A stretch of 64,000 nt of DNA from Thermoproteota archaeon (GCA_027492205.1 JAOZFN010000007.1:155278-219277), one strand, 5' to 3'. Shown: positions 18,203 through 28,173, counted from the stretch's first letter. Numbers and translations are program-made. Notes: a model not told the origin generated them from the sequence alone.

Positions 18203-19762
18203 ATGGTTTCGCTGAAGGTTAGAAGACTTCCGGTAGAGATTGGGGAACTCCGAGTCGTTCTAAATAGGGCTGACGCCGAGAAGGTGGGAATCTCTCCCCA
18301 CGACAGAGTTAGAATTGTGAAGGCAGATGGGAGCCAGGTGGTCGCGCTGGCCAGCGTGTCCTCATCAGAGGACGTGTCTCCGCCCGGCCAGGTTGGCGTG
18401 TTTGCCGACGTCGTGAAGAAGCTCCCCCTCAACGAGGGGGAAGTCGTCTCAGTTGAAGTCGTTCCTACCCCCCAATCGGCCGGGCTCGTCAGGAAGAAGG
18501 TCTTAGAAGGGAAACTCACACCGCAAGAGGTTTCTCTACTCATCAAGGACGTCTATGAGGGGGTCCTGAGCGACGTCGAGCTGGCGGCGTTCGTGACCGC
18601 CCTGCAGCTTCACGGGGCTGACATGGACGAAGTTGAGGCCCTGACGCGCTCCATGGCCGAGGTCGGGACCATGCTGGACTTCGGTGACACCCTTACCGTG
18701 GACAAGCACAGCGTGGGCGGCGTCCCAGGTAACAGCAAGGATGCGCTGCTGATAGTCCCGATAGTCGCAGCAGCAGGTCTGGTGATACCTAAGACGAGCA
18801 CCAGGGCCATCATGAGCCCCGCCGGTACGGTCGACACGATGGAGGTCCTGGCGCCGGTGGACCTGAAGCCCGAGGAGATCGTTGAACTCTCCAAGAAGGT
18901 CGGAGGGGTAATCGCCTGGGCGGCCAGCGCCAACCTGTCGCCGGTAGACGGGATACTCATCGAGAAGGTGGAGTACCCCCTCTCGCTGGACCCAGAGAGC
19001 CTCATCTACGCCTCTATAATGTCGAAGAAGCTCGCGGCCGGCGTCAAGAGGATGGTCTTAGACATCCCAGTGGGTCCAGAGGCCAAGGTGGAATCCCTCA
19101 AGGACGCAAGGAGGATGGGGAGGAACTTCGTCGAGCTGGGGGAGAGGCTCAACATACTGACGCAGGTGGCGATATCCTACGGCGGTCAGCCCATCGGGAG
19201 GTACGTTGGGCCTGCCCTAGAGGCCAAGGAGGCTCTGGAGATCCTGATGAGTAAGGGGAAGGGATCTAGGAGCATAATTGAGAAGTCCCTCACGCTCGCC
19301 GGCATACTCCTGGAGATGGGAGGGGCCGCCCCTATGGGCTACGGGGAGAGAATGGCGAGAGAGATCTTGGAGAGTGGCAGGGCCTACGAGAAGATGAGGG
19401 AAATAATTGAAGCTCAGGGCGGAGACCCCGACGTGAAACCCGAGGACCTCCCGATAGGTGAGCACAAGGCCGTCCTGACGGCCAAGATGAGTGGGTACGT
19501 CGTTGCGGTATCTAACAGGGCCATCGTGAGGATCGCCCGCGCGGCAGGAGCCCCCCGAGACAAGGGCGCGGGAGTCAGGATCTACGCCAAGAGGGGCGAC
19601 AGGGTAGAGGCCGGAGAGGCTGTTATTGAGATCTTCGCGGAGAGCGAAAGCAAGCTACAGGCCGCCGTCGAGGTCGCCAAGAGCATGGAGCCCATCAGGG
19701 TGGAGGGGATGGTCCTAGAGGTGTTCAGGGACAGGACGATAGGGAAAGAAATAGTTGAGTGA
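18203..19762 (+). CDS. deoA: AMP phosphorylase
   Basis: N-terminal extension typical of archaeal AMPpase, DKHSVGGVPGN, PKTSTRAI.SPAGT.D.MEVLAPV, SIMSKKLA, RAAGAPRDKGAG. Confidence 0.9.
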   Translation: MVSLKVRRLPVEIGELRVVLNRADAEKVGISPHDRVRIVKADGSQVVALASVSSSEDVSPPGQVGVFADVVKKLPLNEGEVVSVEVVPTPQSAGLVRKKVLEGKLTPQEVSLLIKDVYEGVLSDVELAAFVTALQLHGADMDEVEALTRSMAEVGTMLDFGDTLTVDKHSVGGVPGNSKDALLIVPIVAAAGLVIPKTSTRAIMSPAGTVDTMEVLAPVDLKPEEIVELSKKVGGVIAWAASANLSPVDGILIEKVEYPLSLDPESLIYASIMSKKLAAGVKRMVLDIPVGPEAKVESLKDARRMGRNFVELGERLNILTQVAISYGGQPIGRYVGPALEAKEALEILMSKGKGSRSIIEKSLTLAGILLEMGGAAPMGYGERMAREILESGRAYEKMREIIEAQGGDPDVKPEDLPIGEHKAVLTAKMSGYVVAVSNRAIVRIARAAGAPRDKGAGVRIYAKRGDRVEAGEAVIEIFAESESKLQAAVEVAKSMEPIRVEGMVLEVFRDRTIGKEIVE

Positions 19763-19789
19763 GGGAGTAGCTGGCCGCCCGGACCCGGC

Positions 19790-21052
19790 TCACGGCAGGA
19801 CCCTATCGGGGTCCCTGGGGAACAGCGAGGCCTCTCTGATGTTCTTGAGTTCCAGCATCTGCTTCACGAGCCGCTCTATCCCTATCGCGAATCCGCCGTG
19901 GGGCGGGGCTCCGTAGCGGAAGAACTTGGTGAACCACTCCATCGACTCCTCCCTCATGCCCTTCTCCCTGATCTGCTCGAGGAGGACCTCGTATCTGTGC
20001 TCCCTCTGACCCCCGGAGCTGAGCTCGAGGCCTTTGTAGAGGAGGTCGACGCTTCTCGCCCACGGGGGCTCCGCCTTCATGACGTAGAACGGCTTGGCCT
20101 CGAACGGGAACCTGTTCACGAAGAAGAAGTCGCTGCCGTACTTCTCCCTCACGTACCTCCACAGCAGGCCCTCTGACTCGGTGTCGTAGTCGCTCCCGTA
20201 GGATATCTCCTTCCCGAACTCGGCCAGTATGTCGTAGATCTGTGGGAACCTGAGCTCGGGAAACGGGGTCTTCGGGACCTCCAGCTCCACCCCCAGCAGC
20301 TCGAGTTCCCTCGACCTCTCCTCCAAGACCCTCTTTATCCCCGAGACGACCACCTGCTCCTCGACCCTCATCACGTCCGTCTCGTCTGAGATGAAGGCCA
20401 TCTCCACGGCCAGAGATCTGAACTCCGTTATGTGACGCGTCGTGTGGCTCGGCTCGGCCCTCCAGTTTGGTCCGAGGTCGTATATCCTCTCAAATCCCCC
20501 GAGTATGGTCAGCTGCCTGTGAAGCTGAGGATCCTGCCTCAGAAAGGCCTCCCTCCCGAAGTAGTCGACCCTGAACACCTCGGCGCCGCTCTCGCTCGCG
20601 GCCCCTATGAGGGCGGGGGTGAAGACCATCAGGAAGCCGTGCTCGTCGAGCCAGTCGGTCATTCCCCTGACAAGGGACGCCGTGATCTTGAATATCGCCT
20701 GGACCTCTGGCCTCCTGAGGTCTAGTGGCCTGTTGTCAAGCCTCGTCGGAAGCAGGGCTGGGACCTTCCAGTTCGGGTCCAGCGGGAGCTTGGGCTCAGC
20801 CCTGCTCAACACCTCTATCCTCTCGGGGATAATCTCCAGGTCCACGGCCCTCGCCTTCTTCTCCGGCGCCGGCTCCCCGTACGCGACCAGGACGGTCTCC
20901 TGAGTCAGGTTGTCGGTCACGTCAAAAAGCTCGTCTGGAGTGACTCCCCTCTTCAGGGTCAGCTGGATCTTCTTTTCCCACGTCCTGAGAACTATGAACC
21001 TGAGGTGCCTGCCGACATCCCTTACCTCGCTAACCCATCCGCCCACCTTCAA
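19790..21052 (-). CDS. aspS: Aspartyl-tRNA synthetase (archaeal type)
   Basis: OB-fold GWV..VRD.G, RLDNRPLDLR, QDPQLHRQ, WRAE, SSGGQREH, GAPPHGGFAIGIER, FPRD. Confidence 0.9.
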   Translation of the reverse strand: MKVGGWVSEVRDVGRHLRFIVLRTWEKKIQLTLKRGVTPDELFDVTDNLTQETVLVAYGEPAPEKKARAVDLEIIPERIEVLSRAEPKLPLDPNWKVPALLPTRLDNRPLDLRRPEVQAIFKITASLVRGMTDWLDEHGFLMVFTPALIGAASESGAEVFRVDYFGREAFLRQDPQLHRQLTILGGFERIYDLGPNWRAEPSHTTRHITEFRSLAVEMAFISDETDVMRVEEQVVVSGIKRVLEERSRELELLGVELEVPKTPFPELRFPQIYDILAEFGKEISYGSDYDTESEGLLWRYVREKYGSDFFFVNRFPFEAKPFYVMKAEPPWARSVDLLYKGLELSSGGQREHRYEVLLEQIREKGMREESMEWFTKFFRYGAPPHGGFAIGIERLVKQMLELKNIREASLFPRDPDRVLP

Positions 21053-24014
21053 CCTTCATCACCCAGATCCCGAGCTTCGCTCCGTCCACGTCCCATATCC
21101 GACCGTAAGCCTCGGCCGGCGCCTCATCCTTGGCGGCCAGTTTAACGAACTCCAGGGCGCCGCTCTCCCTCTTCAGGTTCTCGGCGTACGTCTCTGCGGC
21201 CCTGAGAACGAGGTCGCTGTCGCTCCACAGGAACACCCTGACCACCTCCTTCCCGACCGTGAGCCCCATCTCCTTCCTCGTCTGCTGGACCCTCCTCAGC
21301 ACCTCGCGGTAGATCCACTCGAGCATGTCCTCATCTGTGAGCTTGGCTGGGAGGTACACCTGGCCGCCCTCGAACTCTACCGAGGTCCACTCCCCCTCTG
21401 GAGGCTCTGCGGCGACCCGCACGCCCTTCACGTTGAGTTCCAGTTGGAGGACGTCTGCGAAGTCCCGCGCCGCCCTTTGAACCTCGCCGTCTGTGGTGAC
21501 TATCACGAGCTCCCGCAGGGGAGCTCTCCTCTTCAGCTTGGCGTTAGCCCTCGCCTGCAGGCCGGCCTTGATGATCGCCCTGACGGCCTCCATCTCGGCC
21601 TCCAGTTCGAGATCCCTCCAGTCCGACCTCTCCGGCGGGAACGAGAGCATGTTCACGCTAACCGGCTCGCCTTCCTGCTTCAAGGACTCCTGGTAGATCT
21701 CCTCCGCGATGAACGGCGCGAACAGCCCCAGTATCGGGAGCATGTAGCGGAGCACCGTGAAGAGCACGTTGGCCTTCGCGTGGCCTTCCTCGCCCCCGCT
21801 CCTGAGCGCGGCCCTCACCGCGTGGAGGTACAGGTGGCTGAGGTCCTCCACGTAGAACTCGAGCACCGCGGACGCCGCCTCGTGGGGCGACATGCTGTCC
21901 ATCGCCCGAGAGACGGTGTCCCTGACCGAGGCGGCCCGGGAGAGGATCCACCGGTCGACGGCCGGCAGGTCCGAGAGGTGGGCCTGCACGTATCCCTCGT
22001 CTAGTTCCATGTCTGCCATGTAGGTGGATGCGAACGTGTGGATGTTCCATATCGTGTTGAGAGTCCTTACCATGTTCCTCAGGTCCTTCCACACGAACTT
22101 TATGTCGCTCCACTGGGTTCGCGTCATTACGAACAGTCTGAACGCGTCCCTGCCCACCTCTGCCACTATCTTGTCGGGCGGCTCGAAGTTACCCAGGGAC
22201 TTGTGCATCTCCTGGCCCTTCTCGTCGAGCATGAAGCCGTGCATCAGGACGGACAGGTAGGGCGCCCTGCCGAAGAGGAGCACCCCCAGCCTGAGCAGCG
22301 AGAAGAACCACCCCCTGGTCTGGTCGTGGCCCTCCGTGATGAAGTCGACTGGAAACAGTCTCTCAAACTCCTCCGGGTTCTTTGGGTAACCGAGGCTGGC
22401 GAAGAAGGACACCCCCGAGTCATACCACACGTCCACGATGTCCGGGACCCTCCGCATGGTCCCGCCGCACTTGGGGCAGGAGAAGGTGATCTCGTCCACC
22501 CAGGGCCTGTGCAGCTCCGCAGGCCTCCTCCCAGCTAGCTTCTCCAGCTCGTCAGCCGAGCCGACGACGACGGTGTGCCCGCAGCTCTCACACTGCCAAA
22601 TGGGCAGAGGGGTTCCCCAGAACCTCTGGCGGCTGATGACCCAGTCTCTCAGTTCCTCTAGCCAGTTCCTGAATCTGTCTCTGGCCCAGCTGGGGGACCA
22701 CCTGACCTTTTCCATCTCCTCGATGAGGCGGTCCTTCAGGTCGGACAGGTGGACGAACCACTGCTCCGTTGCCCTGATGATGAGGGGAGTCTTGCACCTC
22801 CAGCACACTGGGTACCTGTGGACGATGTACCCAGCTCCGGCCAGGGCGCCGAGTTCCTCCAAGTCCTCAATTATCCTCGGATTCGCATCCCGAACGGGAA
22901 TGCCCGCATAGGGGCCAGCCTCCTCGGTGAACCTGCCCGAGTCATCCACCGGAGACAGGATCGGGAGCCCCCTGTTCAGGTGGACCTCCTCGTAGTCCTC
23001 CTGGCCGTGGCCGGGGGCGGCGTGGACGCACCCGGTCCCCTCCTCCGTCGAGACGTACTTCGAGCTGAGGATGACCACGTGACCCCTCTCCAGATTCTTC
23101 AGGGCGGGGACCGTCTCCCTGAGGGGGTGATCGTAGGACAGGCCCTCCAGCCTGGAACCTGGAAACCTCTCTATCACCTCATAGTCCTCCCACCCCAGCT
23201 CCGAGGCCACCTCCTGCAGCCTGGCCTCCATGAGTATGAGCACCTCGCCTCCAACCCTGACCCGGACGTAGGTCTCCTCCGGGTGTACCATGACCGCCAC
23301 GTTGGCCGGGAGGGTCCAGGGAGTCGTCGTCCAGATGAGGAGGCTCTCCCCGGGCCTGTCCTTAAGTGGGAACTTCACGAATATCGAGGGGTCTCGGAGG
23401 TCCTTGTACTCGCTCACCTCGTAGTCCGCAAGCACGGTCTCACACCTGGGGCACCAGTGAACCACCTGAACGCCCTTCTTCAGCCTGCCCTCCTCCCAGA
23501 TCCTCTTGATGCCCCACCACGCGCTCTCGATGTAGTAGTCGTCCATGGTGCGGTAGGCGCCCTTCCAGTCCAGCGAGGCCCCGAAGTTCTTGAAGTGGAG
23601 GGTCATCTCCTCGATGTTCCTCTCGGCGAACGACCGGCACCTGTGAACGAAGTTTCCTATACCAAAGCTCTCTACGTCTCTCTTTGTCCTGAATCCGAGT
23701 TCCTGCTCCGTCTTCACCTCGATGGGAAGGCCGTGGCAGTCCCAACCGGCCCGATCGTTGACGTCGTGCCCCCTGGCCCTGGCGTAACGGATGAAGGTGT
23801 CTTTGAGGACCTTGTTCCAGACGGTGCCGGGATGGGGCTCTCCGGAGGACGGGTAGGGTGGGCCATCGAGGAAGTAGAACTTCGGTCCTCCCTTCAGGCG
23901 GCGCCTGAGCTCCTCGTATACGTCTTTCTCATCCCACAACCTCAGAACCCTCTCTTCTACGTCTTTGGGGCTGTAGCTCTTGCTGAGCCTACCTATCCTG
24001 GCCAAATCGGACAC
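21030..24014 (-). CDS. ileS: Isoleucyl-tRNA synthetase
   Basis: DGPPY, HPGT (HIGH-like), GWDCHGLPIE, WTTTPWTLP, SRQRFWGTP, EGHDQTRGWF, EMHKS (KMSKS-like). Confidence 0.96.
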   Translation of the reverse strand: MSDLARIGRLSKSYSPKDVEERVLRLWDEKDVYEELRRRLKGGPKFYFLDGPPYPSSGEPHPGTVWNKVLKDTFIRYARARGHDVNDRAGWDCHGLPIEVKTEQELGFRTKRDVESFGIGNFVHRCRSFAERNIEEMTLHFKNFGASLDWKGAYRTMDDYYIESAWWGIKRIWEEGRLKKGVQVVHWCPRCETVLADYEVSEYKDLRDPSIFVKFPLKDRPGESLLIWTTTPWTLPANVAVMVHPEETYVRVRVGGEVLILMEARLQEVASELGWEDYEVIERFPGSRLEGLSYDHPLRETVPALKNLERGHVVILSSKYVSTEEGTGCVHAAPGHGQEDYEEVHLNRGLPILSPVDDSGRFTEEAGPYAGIPVRDANPRIIEDLEELGALAGAGYIVHRYPVCWRCKTPLIIRATEQWFVHLSDLKDRLIEEMEKVRWSPSWARDRFRNWLEELRDWVISRQRFWGTPLPIWQCESCGHTVVVGSADELEKLAGRRPAELHRPWVDEITFSCPKCGGTMRRVPDIVDVWYDSGVSFFASLGYPKNPEEFERLFPVDFITEGHDQTRGWFFSLLRLGVLLFGRAPYLSVLMHGFMLDEKGQEMHKSLGNFEPPDKIVAEVGRDAFRLFVMTRTQWSDIKFVWKDLRNMVRTLNTIWNIHTFASTYMADMELDEGYVQAHLSDLPAVDRWILSRAASVRDTVSRAMDSMSPHEAASAVLEFYVEDLSHLYLHAVRAALRSGGEEGHAKANVLFTVLRYMLPILGLFAPFIAEEIYQESLKQEGEPVSVNMLSFPPERSDWRDLELEAEMEAVRAIIKAGLQARANAKLKRRAPLRELVIVTTDGEVQRAARDFADVLQLELNVKGVRVAAEPPEGEWTSVEFEGGQVYLPAKLTDEDMLEWIYREVLRRVQQTRKEMGLTVGKEVVRVFLWSDSDLVLRAAETYAENLKRESGALEFVKLAAKDEAPAEAYGRIWDVDGAKLGIWVMKVEGGRMG

Positions 24015-24054
24015 CTCTCAGGGAGACCCGGGCCGGGCGGAAGTGCTCGGAAGA

Positions 24055-24062
24055 TTTAAAAT
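24055..24062. promoter_or_regulatory. TATA box between divergent ileS and 5S rRNA
   Basis: TTTAAAAT in GC-rich context, about 20 nt before the 5S 5' end. Confidence 0.6.
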
Positions 24063-24082
24063 TCAGGAAGGGAGGGGAGGTC

Positions 24083-24210
24083 GGGGCGAGCGGCCATAGT
24101 GGCCGGGGACACACCCGGACTCGTTCCGAACCCGGAAGTTAAGCCCGGCCACGTCCTGCGGAGTACTGGGCTCCGTAAGGGCCCGGGAAACGCAGGAGCT
24201 GCTAAGCCCC
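24083..24210 (+). rRNA. rrf: 5S rRNA (stand-alone)
   Basis: GCGGCCATAG, CACCCGGACTCGTTCCGAACCCGGAAGTTAAGC, AGTACTGGG..GGGAAA, GCTGC; terminal GGGGC/GCCCC helix. Confidence 0.95.
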
Positions 24211-24285
24211 CCTTCTGACAATCACGCCGCCTGACCATACTGACTTTTTACGGAATCCGCCGACCGCCTGCCACGGGTCTATTCC

Positions 24286-25524
24286 ATGCCAGCAGGCATT
24301 TCTGAGACTGCCAGATATGCCATTGAGAACCCTAGCTCGATTAGAGAGATAATGAACCTCGTTGCGGACTATGAACGGAACCCAGAGAAGTACCCGCGCC
24401 CCTTGGTATATTTAGGCGGCGGGTGGCCCCAGGATCCGCCGCCGAAGCCGCTAGTAGACGCGATGAGGGAGCTCTGGGAGGATGAGAGGGAGATACGGCT
24501 CAGCGCGAGATACCCTCCTACCAAGGGAGACCCAGACTTCATAGACGCGGTTGTGGAGTACGAAGAAGCAATCTTCGGTAAGAAAATGTCCAGAGACGAG
24601 ATAATCTCGGGTCTAGGCAGCACGGACCTGGCGGGCGGTCTCTTCCTAGCAACTATGGACAGGGGTAGCGAGGTCATAATGGCGAGGCCGTGCTACCTCA
24701 ATTACCAGCGCCAGCTCCTCGTAGAGACGATGCTGGGCGCGAAGCTGAAGTACTGGAACGTGATCAAGGGGGGGAGATTCGAGCCGAACGTCGACGAGCT
24801 CCAGGAACTCATCAGCCCGGAGACCAGGATGCTGATCCTAGTGACCCCCGGAAATCCGGACGGGCAGGTCTTCCCGGACGAGGTGATCTCGGCGGTGTCG
24901 GACATCGCCGAGGAGAAGGGGTTCTGGGTCCTCTTGGACGTTGCCTACCGCATGTTCCACTACTCCGGCGTGCCGAGCTACTACTCTCGCCCCAGGAGGG
25001 AGAGGGAGATCTGGCTGGCGTCCATGTCGAAGGAGTTGAGGGCGCCCGGATGGAGGCTCGCTTATCTCTACGCCGATCCGGAGCTCATCAGGGCCGTCGA
25101 GACCGTTCAGCAGGCCAGGACGCTTGCCCCGACCAGGATCCCGCAGAGAGCGTTCGTGAGGATGATGTCCAAGGAGGGCGTGAGGGGCTGGCTGAGGAGG
25201 TACATGCTGGAGGAGACTCCGAAGGTCTACGGAGAGATCGCGAGGATGACGACGGACCTCATGTCTCAGATTGAGGGAATTCGGGTGCTCCCGCCTCAGG
25301 GTGGGTTCTACGTGTTCTTCAACGTGGAGTGCGTCGAGCCCAGCTCCAGGAGGTTCGTCCAAGGACTTCTGAACGAGTGGCAGGTCGCCCTCGCTCCGGG
25401 AGTCGATTTCGGCATGGAGGGCTGGGTCAGGCTCTCGTTCGCGCCCGCCGTGGAGGAGCCGGAGAAGATAAGGGAAGGGGTGGAGCGGATCTCGCAGTAC
25501 GTGGCGGGACTCAGGTCGTCGTAG
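24286..25524 (+). CDS. Class I/II PLP-dependent aminotransferase
   Basis: LGGGWP, TPGNPDG, DVAY, SMSKELRAPGWRL, VRLSF. Confidence 0.88.
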   Translation: MPAGISETARYAIENPSSIREIMNLVADYERNPEKYPRPLVYLGGGWPQDPPPKPLVDAMRELWEDEREIRLSARYPPTKGDPDFIDAVVEYEEAIFGKKMSRDEIISGLGSTDLAGGLFLATMDRGSEVIMARPCYLNYQRQLLVETMLGAKLKYWNVIKGGRFEPNVDELQELISPETRMLILVTPGNPDGQVFPDEVISAVSDIAEEKGFWVLLDVAYRMFHYSGVPSYYSRPRREREIWLASMSKELRAPGWRLAYLYADPELIRAVETVQQARTLAPTRIPQRAFVRMMSKEGVRGWLRRYMLEETPKVYGEIARMTTDLMSQIEGIRVLPPQGGFYVFFNVECVEPSSRRFVQGLLNEWQVALAPGVDFGMEGWVRLSFAPAVEEPEKIREGVERISQYVAGLRSS

Positions 25525-25584
25525 GCCCCTTGGCCTGAATCCGGAAACGGTTAACAGGAAAGGGGGCGCATCTCTGGCTGGGAC

Positions 25585-27813
25585 ATGTCGGAGGAGGGGG
25601 TGTTCTACCACATAGAGGGAACCCCCGGGGGTGTCTCGCTGTGGCTCGGGGGAGGTAAGAGCGTCGAGGTTGAGTTCCACCCGTACTTCTTCGTCCCGAA
25701 GGACTCCCTAGACAGGGAGACGGAGATTAAGCTGAGATCAAAGGCCCTCCGGGTGGAGGAAACCGTCGGCTACGATCCCTGGTTTGAGAGGAAGTTCCTG
25801 AAGGTGGTGGGAAGGGACGAGGAGGACCTCAGGAGGTTGGCGAGGCTGGTTCCCGATCCGTGGGAGTACTCCATCCCCACGTGGCAGAGGTTCCTCCTCG
25901 ATTCCAACCTGAGGCCTTTCTCCAGAGTCGTCTTCGAGAACGGCTCTCCGAGCCAGGTGAGCGAGGGGTACCTCGACGATCTCAAGGTCCTCTACTTCTC
26001 GGCGCTGATATACAGCGAGGATGGCTTCCCTGTTCCCGGGAGGAGTCCAGTCCTCGCGGTGGGTCACTCCACCGACGAGGGTCCCGTTGAGGTGATATCC
26101 TCGGAGGACGACTCTCAGGTGATAAGGGAGTTCCTCGACGTCGTTCGAAGGGAAGATCCAGATGTGATAGTCGGGTACGGCCAAGACGCCGACGAGCTTC
26201 AACACATGAAGGCCAGGGCGAAGCTGCACGGTATGAAGCTCACCCTGGGGAGGAGGGGAGGAGAAACGGAGGAGACGGGCAGGTTCTTCCGCGGGATAAT
26301 ACTCGTGGAGCAGAGGATTTCCGGCAGGGCCAACGTTGACATGTTCTCAATAGCTTGGCGGGACTTCCCCGGGCTCCCCACCAAGTCCTGGTACGAGCTG
26401 GCCGACGAGCTCGGCGTGCCCAGGCCCAGGCCGGTTCCCAAGTTCAGGATAGCCGAGAGGTGGAAGTCCGACAGGGACGGTCTCCTCGCGTATCTCAAGG
26501 CGAAGGTAGTCGCCATAAGGAACCTGGCGGAAAAGCTTCTCCCGCACCAGGCAGAGCTTGCGAAGCTCACCTACAGGCCCCTGCAGGAGGTCACGAGGAC
26601 TCCTGTGGGCGGCCTCGTCGAGTCCCTCGTCGCGATTCACGGGAAGAGGAGGGGGTGGGTGATTCCTCCCCAGAGGAAGGAGGAGAGGGGGTTCATTGGC
26701 GGATACGTGTGGCTAAAGTCCCCTGGCATCTACCAGAACATCTGCTACCTGGACTTCAAGAGCATGTATCCCAGCATCATGATACTTCACAACATCAGCC
26801 CGGAGACCGTGGAGCCCAAGGAGGGCTTCTGCTCCGTAGAGGAGGTCTCGGCGGAGGGCATAACCAAGAGGGTGTGCTCGGACAGGCGCGGGCTGTTTGC
26901 CGAGATCGCCTCGGACCTTCTTAGGAGAAGGGCAGAGATCAGGAGGGAGATGGAGGGCCTACCCCCGGACGCCGTCGAGCGGAAGAGGCTGGACGCGATC
27001 CAGAAGGCCATCAAGGTCGTCACGAACGCGATGTACGGCTACATGGGGTGGGAGGGCGCGTCCCTGCGGAACGTGCACGCGGCGGCTCTCACGGCCGCCT
27101 TGGGGAGGCACTACATCAAGAAGGTCGTGGAGATACTGCAGGAGAGGGGGCTTGAGGTCATCTACGTCGACACCGACGGCATTCAAGTCGTCGGAGGGTC
27201 CCCAGACGAATACTCCACTCTGCCCGACTGGCTGAACGAGCGGGTTCCCCTGACCATCGACCTGCAGTACGTGGCCGAGCGCGGCCTGTATCTCACGAAG
27301 AAGAAGTACGCCCACCTCGTCAACGGCAGGGTGGTGGCCAAGGGCTTCGAGTTCCTCAGGAGAGACTACCCGCCGATCATCAAGAGGGCCCAGGAGGAGG
27401 CCGTGAAGATGGCCCTTCAGGGAAGGCCCCTCCCCGAGATTGAGAAGAGGGTCGCAGAGTACAGGCGACTCCTGGAGGGGGGTAGAGTTCAGAAGGAGGA
27501 CCTGATCTTCATCGAGACTCTGGGAAAGAAGCTGGAGGACTTTGAGAGGAAGACGAAGGGCTACGTCGCCGGGCGGTGGCTCGAGGAGAACAAGGGCATT
27601 GAGGTCCACAGGGGGCAGGTCCTGAGGATAGTGATCGTGAGGGGTCACGGGAGCGTAAACGAGAGGGCTCGTCCGGCCGAGTTCTTTGACGTGGAAGACT
27701 GCGACCTGGACTACTACCTCAAGCTGCTCGATCAGGTCATGGAGAGAACTCTGAAGGCCCTCAAAGGAGTGGGCGTCGAGGAGGGCAAGAAGGGGCTAGA
27801 AGAGTTCTTCTGA
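25585..27813 (+). CDS. polB: Family B DNA polymerase (PolB3-like) with inactivated 3'-5' exonuclease
   Basis: Polymerase motifs DFKSMYPSI, KVVTNAMYGY, YVDTDG and KKKY intact; Exo I/II/III acidic residues lost; C-terminal KKGLEEFF. Confidence 0.9.
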   Translation: MSEEGVFYHIEGTPGGVSLWLGGGKSVEVEFHPYFFVPKDSLDRETEIKLRSKALRVEETVGYDPWFERKFLKVVGRDEEDLRRLARLVPDPWEYSIPTWQRFLLDSNLRPFSRVVFENGSPSQVSEGYLDDLKVLYFSALIYSEDGFPVPGRSPVLAVGHSTDEGPVEVISSEDDSQVIREFLDVVRREDPDVIVGYGQDADELQHMKARAKLHGMKLTLGRRGGETEETGRFFRGIILVEQRISGRANVDMFSIAWRDFPGLPTKSWYELADELGVPRPRPVPKFRIAERWKSDRDGLLAYLKAKVVAIRNLAEKLLPHQAELAKLTYRPLQEVTRTPVGGLVESLVAIHGKRRGWVIPPQRKEERGFIGGYVWLKSPGIYQNICYLDFKSMYPSIMILHNISPETVEPKEGFCSVEEVSAEGITKRVCSDRRGLFAEIASDLLRRRAEIRREMEGLPPDAVERKRLDAIQKAIKVVTNAMYGYMGWEGASLRNVHAAALTAALGRHYIKKVVEILQERGLEVIYVDTDGIQVVGGSPDEYSTLPDWLNERVPLTIDLQYVAERGLYLTKKKYAHLVNGRVVAKGFEFLRRDYPPIIKRAQEEAVKMALQGRPLPEIEKRVAEYRRLLEGGRVQKEDLIFIETLGKKLEDFERKTKGYVAGRWLEENKGIEVHRGQVLRIVIVRGHGSVNERARPAEFFDVEDCDLDYYLKLLDQVMERTLKALKGVGVEEGKKGLEEFF

Positions 27814-27834
27814 GCCCTCGGCGCGGTGAATCAC

Positions 27835-28173
27835 TCAAAGCTTCAGGAACTTCAGGGGGAGCTTGCCCGTCTGCCTGCTCCTCCTGGCCTGCAGCGGCCT
27901 CTTGATCTTCCTATCTTCCTCAGCCCTGGGCCTGACGAGACCCATGTGAACGGCGCAGCTGATGCAGTAGTACCTGGTCTCGAGCCTCTTGGAGATGTAA
28001 GCTCCCTGCTTCTCCAGCTCCCTCGCCAGGGGTCCGCCGATGGGCGAAACCCACCTGGTGATCCTCACCGCCTTGTCCGCTGGGACGAGCCTCCCGCAGG
28101 CGTGGCACTGCACAGGCTTCTCGTGACCTGAGTCAGATAGCTTCCTACCCCTGCTCTTCCTCTTCTTCGGCAT
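27835..28173 (-). CDS. rps26e: Ribosomal protein eS26
   Basis: MPKKRKSRGR, CHACGRLVPADKA, YCISCAVH, VRPR. Confidence 0.96.
   Translation of the reverse strand: MPKKRKSRGRKLSDSGHEKPVQCHACGRLVPADKAVRITRWVSPIGGPLARELEKQGAYISKRLETRYYCISCAVHMGLVRPRAEEDRKIKRPLQARRSRQTGKLPLKFLKL

Noticed and set aside
20910-24059. Long plus-strand ORFs (364 aa, 436 aa) opposite ileS
   Set aside because: Antisense shadows of a GC-rich gene with biased codon usage; no recognisable motifs.
25585-27813. Casposon or viral origin for the second PolB
   Set aside because: No Cas1, integrase, terminal repeats or obvious compositional shift; flanked by housekeeping genes.
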